Shown here piece after piece: positions 56,466 through 61,140 of a DNA stretch of 61,140 nt; the first letter of the stretch is position 1; the number at the start of each line of letters is the position of its first letter. The stretch is taken from the IMG/VR virus record IMGVR_UViG_3300032331_001801. One strand, written 5' to 3'. The translations under genes and the position numbers were made by a program. The notes under the pieces are model-generated. The model was not told where the DNA came from and searched no databases. It saw nothing but the letters and a program-made list of their open reading frames with translations. Origin of the DNA: an uncultured virus (IMG/VR IMGVR_UViG_3300032331_001801) (taxonomy: Duplodnaviria; Heunggongvirae; Uroviricota; Caudoviricetes).

Positions 56466-57401
56466 TTATATGTTACCATATATGTTATTCTTAATCATCT
56501 TATAACCTTTCAGTAATTCTTCAATACCATCATCCAATGTGTGCATTGGTTCAAAACCAGTAGCTTCTAACTTAGTATTAGAGACAATGTAGTTCCGCTG
56601 ATCAGGGTCTTTCTTAATCTCACCTTCAACAACTGTAAAACCGGGAACATGTTTCTTGATTATCTCACACAGTTCCAGCTTGGAAACATTCGCAGATGAA
56701 AGACCTACGTTGTAGATTTCACCCTTCATCGTATTGAAGTTATAGATTGCATGGATAAATGCATCACACACATCTCTTACATGGATGTAGTTTCGTTTGA
56801 AATGTCCCTCAAAGATAATTACATAACCATCATTGACTGCACGATAAGTTAAATCATTTACCAACAAATCAGTACGCATACGTGGAGACATACCAAACAC
56901 AGTAGCCAAACGGTAACTGATTGAGTTCTCACGTTGCATCAACATCTCTTCTACGGCTACCTTATCAATAGCATACTTGGAGATAGGATTGAGTGAAGAC
57001 TCTTCTGTACAGAAATTATTCTCATCACCTGAACCATATGCTGAATTGGTAGTAGGCATAATGATTCGTTGTTGTTTAGATACCTTATCCAGCATCATGA
57101 AGATTGCTTCTTTATTGGTAGTGTCTGCGCCAACAATATCTTTATTGCAAAGAGGAGCACCAACCAAAGCAGCCAAAGGAATAATCACATCAGCATCTTT
57201 TAACAACGGTTGAATGTGTGCAATATTACGAATGTCACCATTGACTACGTTGAATCCTGACCTAGAACATAGATGATTCAAGCTGGATTGTTTGTACATA
57301 AAGTTGTCGAGTACAGTTACTTTAAATCCCAAATCCAAAAGAAACTCTGTTAGAATAGAACCAATGTATCCTGCACCACCTGTCACTAAAATATTATTCA
57401 T
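56466..57401 (-). CDS. NAD-dependent nucleotide-sugar epimerase/dehydratase (extended SDR)
   Basis: TGGAGYIG, YAIDK, RLATVFGMSPRMR. Confidence 0.9.
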   Translation of the reverse strand: MNNILVTGGAGYIGSILTEFLLDLGFKVTVLDNFMYKQSSLNHLCSRSGFNVVNGDIRNIAHIQPLLKDADVIIPLAALVGAPLCNKDIVGADTTNKEAIFMMLDKVSKQQRIIMPTTNSAYGSGDENNFCTEESSLNPISKYAIDKVAVEEMLMQRENSISYRLATVFGMSPRMRTDLLVNDLTYRAVNDGYVIIFEGHFKRNYIHVRDVCDAFIHAIYNFNTMKGEIYNVGLSSANVSKLELCEIIKKHVPGFTVVEGEIKKDPDQRNYIVSNTKLEATGFEPMHTLDDGIEELLKGYKMIKNNIYGNI

Positions 57402-57402
57402 G

Positions 57403-58584
57403 TTATACCTTATCCAATACGTCAGTTATTTCTTTGATCGCTGTCTTGCTTAATGACGGATAGTTACCTATGTAAAAACTATAGAAATGCATGTGTTCCG
57501 TATTAGGATAGTTCTTATAGTGATCCACTGGAACAATACCTTTTAGATATGGTTGGCGTAATTGATTACCACCACCAGCAGAACCTCGACGAAACTCAAT
57601 TTCATTATCACGCATTTTATTCATCAACCTTTGAGCAAATTCTTTATTCGCATACTCCGGTTGAAGAACAATATTAAATGCATAGTTACTACAACCCACC
57701 AAACGAAAATCTACTTTGTACTTTTTGTTATCTAATTTAGATAAGAATTCGAATAGATTTTCATTACGAATCTTAACATTTTGATCAAGGTATTTCAACT
57801 GATTCTGACCTAATATTCCACCTATTTCTGTGTTACGTACATTGTATGCAGCAAATGCAAAGATGAATTCTGGATTCAATTCTGGATAAACTTTCTGATA
57901 GTTCTTTATCATTGGTTCTGAACCACACTCACGTACCATACCATGTGAACGAAGCATACGAACCGTATGGTAAACATTCTCATCATTGGTACATACCATA
58001 CCACCTTCGATGGTAGACATGTGATGAGCAAAGTAAAAAGAGAAGTTAGACATCCATCCAAAACTACCTAGTAGTTTATTGTTATGTGTAGCACCATGTG
58101 ACTCACATACATCTTCAATTAATGGAATGTTTCTGAGTTGTAATTCTGCTAGGAGTTTATCTGAGAGGCAATCAAAACCTTGTGCGTAGGTAAGGAACAC
58201 AGCACGGGTCTTGTCGGTAATAGCATTAATGATTCCATCAGTGTTCATACCAAGAGTATCTAAATCAATATCTACAAACACAGGAGTAAAACCACATTGA
58301 ATGATGGAAGCAATATCGGATACCCATGTGAATGGTGGTACAATAACTTCACCACCTTCTGGATGTTTGATCTTGAGCATTGCCATTGACAGCAGATTGG
58401 CAGAAGCACCTGAGTTTACAAACACAGAATACTTTACACCCAACCATTTGCTCCATGCTTCTTCAAAAGCACGGCACTCTGGACCATTAGTTAGTTTGGG
58501 ATTGTCTTTTTTTAGATGTTCTATTACCAAATCTAAATCTTCTCTGGAAATATTATCACTCATCAATGGGTACTTCATAATCAC
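57403..58584 (-). CDS. DegT-family PLP/PMP enzyme, ColD/E1-type 3-dehydrase
   Basis: VNSGASANL, EDVCESHGA, SFYFAHHMSTIEGG (His at the usual Schiff-base Lys position). Confidence 0.85.
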   Translation of the reverse strand: MIMKYPLMSDNISREDLDLVIEHLKKDNPKLTNGPECRAFEEAWSKWLGVKYSVFVNSGASANLLSMAMLKIKHPEGGEVIVPPFTWVSDIASIIQCGFTPVFVDIDLDTLGMNTDGIINAITDKTRAVFLTYAQGFDCLSDKLLAELQLRNIPLIEDVCESHGATHNNKLLGSFGWMSNFSFYFAHHMSTIEGGMVCTNDENVYHTVRMLRSHGMVRECGSEPMIKNYQKVYPELNPEFIFAFAAYNVRNTEIGGILGQNQLKYLDQNVKIRNENLFEFLSKLDNKKYKVDFRLVGCSNYAFNIVLQPEYANKEFAQRLMNKMRDNEIEFRRGSAGGGNQLRQPYLKGIVPVDHYKNYPNTEHMHFYSFYIGNYPSLSKTAIKEITDVLDKV

Positions 58585-59570
58585 CTCATAATAATTTTGG
58601 AACCTTCATAGTCAAACTTGAACGGTATCCATACGTTGATTTGTTTGAGTCTATCTTTAATCTTTTGATGTGCATCTGGAGGTGCAAGTAACATAAAAAA
58701 TCCACCACCACCTGCGCCCATCAGTTTGCCGCCATATGCTCCTGCTTCTATTGCAGCATCGTATATACTATTTATGTCGCTATTTGAGACGCTATCTGTG
58801 AGAGTCTTTTTATAGTTCCACTGTTCTTGCAGTAGCAAACCTATATCTTTGATTGAAGAACTGGATTCATGTTCGAATACTCTAAGTGCTTCAAGGGTAA
58901 GTTTTTGCATTGCTTCAAGGGTTTGAACTGACTTACCTTCTTTGATGGAGTCAACTTGTTTTTTTGCTTGAACTTCGGATAATCTGCTGATGCCCGAAAA
59001 TCCTAACATGATATGTCGCTCTAAATCATCAACATAACTATCAGGTATTCTTAGATCACGAACTTTAGTATTGGCACCAGACAATTCAAGGACTTTGATG
59101 CCGCCATATGCTGCCATGATTTGATCTTGAACACCTACAGATTCACCAATAACATTTTGTTCAATGTTAATTGCTTCCAGTGCCAATTCATGTGTGGTAA
59201 GTGATTTACCAAGATACGTTTGGAGTGCGTTGATTAATCCAACAGTAAATGAAGAAGATGATCCAATGCCGCTGCGAGCAGGAAGATCACCATCATGAGT
59301 AATAGAAATACCATTAGGCACCTGTAAGTATTGTAGACATGCACGTACAGATGGGTGTTCTATCTGATCAAATGTAAGTACACTTTCGATTTTAGAATAG
59401 ATAACATGATTTGTATAATCAAAGTAAGGTGGCAGTTGTTTCACACTAATATAACAATAGTTTGCCATAGCAGCAGAAATTAATTTAGTTTCATGTGATA
59501 CAAACCATGAAGGATAATCTGCACCACCACCAAACAATGATAACCTATACGGTGTTTTAGAAATTATCAT
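58581..59570 (-). CDS. GHMP sugar kinase, HddA-like (heptose-7-phosphate kinase)
   Basis: TPYRLSLFGGGAD, PARSGIGSSSSF, GVQDQ, GGKLMGAGGGGF. Confidence 0.88.
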   Translation of the reverse strand: MIISKTPYRLSLFGGGADYPSWFVSHETKLISAAMANYCYISVKQLPPYFDYTNHVIYSKIESVLTFDQIEHPSVRACLQYLQVPNGISITHDGDLPARSGIGSSSSFTVGLINALQTYLGKSLTTHELALEAINIEQNVIGESVGVQDQIMAAYGGIKVLELSGANTKVRDLRIPDSYVDDLERHIMLGFSGISRLSEVQAKKQVDSIKEGKSVQTLEAMQKLTLEALRVFEHESSSSIKDIGLLLQEQWNYKKTLTDSVSNSDINSIYDAAIEAGAYGGKLMGAGGGGFFMLLAPPDAHQKIKDRLKQINVWIPFKFDYEGSKIIMR

Positions 59571-60474
59571 TCAATGTTTTTAGGATACTTTCTTTGTTTA
59601 GTCCTAATTTATTAAGTAGATATTCCCTACCACCATTTTCATACACATACATTTCAGGTATGGTAATCGTTTTAATCTTCTTCAGAATGTCGGAATCAGC
59701 ACACGCTTCCATTACCGCAGCACCCAATGAACCAGAGGGTGTCTGTTCATCAATAACAATCACGCCTTTGGCAATGTTAATAGCATTCAATAGAGTTTTT
59801 GGAAATGGTTTAGCATGAATCAAATCAACACCAAAAATCTTTTCTGGTTGTTCATCGTATGCCTTCTTTACAATGTGTGCCATCTTACCTGAACCGATGA
59901 CAAGAACTTTATCTTCGGTAACTGTATCACTCATGACACGATAATCTAAATCATTTACAAAGTTAGTTACTTCTAATTCTGGTTGATCGTGACGGTCAAA
60001 ACGAATGTAAGATAACTCAGGTTTGTCTAACAGTTTCTTTGCCAATCGTCTTGCTGTACCAGCATCTGCGGTAGTGTAGATGTTACAGTTGATGATAGAA
60101 CGCAGACACGCAAAGTCTTCGGTAATGTAATGAGTTGGACCAGCATCGGCGTAACCAATACCAATACCTACTGACATGATACAGATAGGTAAGTTCATCA
60201 TACTTGGACCAGTTTTGATCTGTTCAATAGCACGAAGAGAAATAAATGGTGCCATTGCATAGCAGAATACTTTTTTACCTTGCAGTGCCAGACCAGTGGC
60301 AATATCAATCATTGCTTGCTCAGAGATACCACAGTGAATAAAGTTCTCCGGATACTTCTCACGCAGCACATCTAATGCTGCTGCACCAAAGTCAGCAGAT
60401 AAAAAGTAAATATCTTTATCTGTTTCTAGTTTCTTGGTAATTTCTTCAATAAAAGCATCACGCTGTAGCATCAT
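59557..60474 (-). CDS. transketolase C-terminal (pyrimidine-binding) subunit
   Basis: RDAF, GISEQAM, RAIEQIK, GPTH. Confidence 0.88.
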   Translation of the reverse strand: MMLQRDAFIEEITKKLETDKDIYFLSADFGAAALDVLREKYPENFIHCGISEQAMIDIATGLALQGKKVFCYAMAPFISLRAIEQIKTGPSMMNLPICIMSVGIGIGYADAGPTHYITEDFACLRSIINCNIYTTADAGTARRLAKKLLDKPELSYIRFDRHDQPELEVTNFVNDLDYRVMSDTVTEDKVLVIGSGKMAHIVKKAYDEQPEKIFGVDLIHAKPFPKTLLNAINIAKGVIVIDEQTPSGSLGAAVMEACADSDILKKIKTITIPEMYVYENGGREYLLNKLGLNKESILKTLNDNF

Positions 60475-61140
60475 TAATCTCCTTGCGGCATTGTTCAATT
60501 TGTTCAGGGGTGATAGGTTGCATGTAGTGCCACTCAGGTTTGTTTTCCATCAATGAAAAGCCTTTACCCTTGACAGTGTTGCATAAAATAATCTTTGGTT
60601 GATATGCTGTTGCATCTAAAGCAGCAGCAATTGATTCTGGTTCATGTCCATCAACTGAGTATAAATCAAATGGAAAACCTGTCAACTTCTCACGAATGTT
60701 ATTGAGCATCAAACAATCATCTGTCTTACCAAGAATAATAAGGTTGTTGATGTCAATAAAGATAGTCATGTTTTTGATTTGACGGTGAGCAACAAAAAGC
60801 AATGCTTCCCATGTCGAACCTTCATACAGTTCACCTTCGGAGATAACTGTGTAGATGTGTTGATCTGGATTTGCAATTGCCATACCTGCACCAACACCAA
60901 CACCATGTCCTAACGAACCTGATGTCATATCAATACCAGGAATGGAGATGTTACCAAAGACACGAAGACACGATGGTAATCCTTTACCCCAATTTTCCCA
61001 ATCTTCTTTTGGTAGAACACCAAAGTGTTTTAGTATAGGATACAATGCTACTGTAGCATGACCTTTACTAATCAATACTTTGTTGTTGAATCTGTTTTTA
61101 TTATGATTGAAGTTCATATAACCACCATGATATAAAGTGG
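60458..61140 (-). CDS. transketolase N-terminal (TPP-binding) subunit, 5' truncated by window edge
   Basis: SKGHA, SGSLGHG, SEGELYEGSTWEA, TVKGKG; frame open to the window end. Confidence 0.88.
   Translation of the reverse strand, partial: TLYHGGYMNFNHNKNRFNNKVLISKGHATVALYPILKHFGVLPKEDWENWGKGLPSCLRVFGNISIPGIDMTSGSLGHGVGVGAGMAIANPDQHIYTVISEGELYEGSTWEALLFVAHRQIKNMTIFIDINNLIILGKTDDCLMLNNIREKLTGFPFDLYSVDGHEPESIAAALDATAYQPKIILCNTVKGKGFSLMENKPEWHYMQPITPEQIEQCRKEINDATA

Noticed and set aside
679..59818. Numerous + strand ORFs and alternative-frame minus ORFs in the ORF track (e.g. 53143-53760, 21124-21570, 8706-9131)
   Set aside because: They are shadows of well-supported minus-strand genes and have no motifs or RBS support.
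1..61140. Stop-codon reassignment or tRNA genes
   Set aside because: Core genes are full length in the standard code, and I saw no cloverleaf in the short intergenic gaps (tRNAscan not run).

Overview
This window is a 61-kb segment of a large T4-like (Tevenvirinae-related) dsDNA myophage genome, with essentially all real genes on the minus strand. The porin, IscU and ErpA sequences suggest a betaproteobacterial host (inference). The core T4 replication and late-transcription block is present: gp55, gp47/46, gp45/44/62, regA, gp43, uvsX, gp41, gp61, thyX, nrdA/B, cd and an Endo II-like nuclease. There is also a lysis cassette (GH19 endolysin plus spanins), LamG-type structural genes and many auxiliary genes (porin, S11 penicillin-binding peptidase, secreted NucA-type nuclease, IscU/ErpA, Hsp20, peptide deformylase, four 2OG-Fe(II) oxygenases). 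Five things stand out. (1) An apparently co-transcribed cluster at 24.6-31.1 kb is built around an EEVS-type sedoheptulose-7-phosphate cyclase, with a kinase, nucleotidyltransferase, SDR, methyltransferase and GT-like genes; it looks like a phage-encoded C7-cyclitol (pseudosugar) activation and transfer pathway. (2) Further sedoheptulose-7-P/heptose genes occur elsewhere (GmhA, HddA, split transketolase, His-type PMP 3-dehydrase). (3) A block of modular head-internal 'polyproteins' carries capsid-targeting-like and gp21-cleavage-like motifs, and embeds an orphan HicA toxin fold and a zeta-toxin-like kinase. (4) Several cis-regulatory elements are visible, including a ROSE-like thermometer before hsp20 and a hairpin-occluded start overlapping a late promoter. 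(5) An antisense sigma70 promoter lies next to gp55. All family assignments come from motif recognition by eye; no database searches were run.
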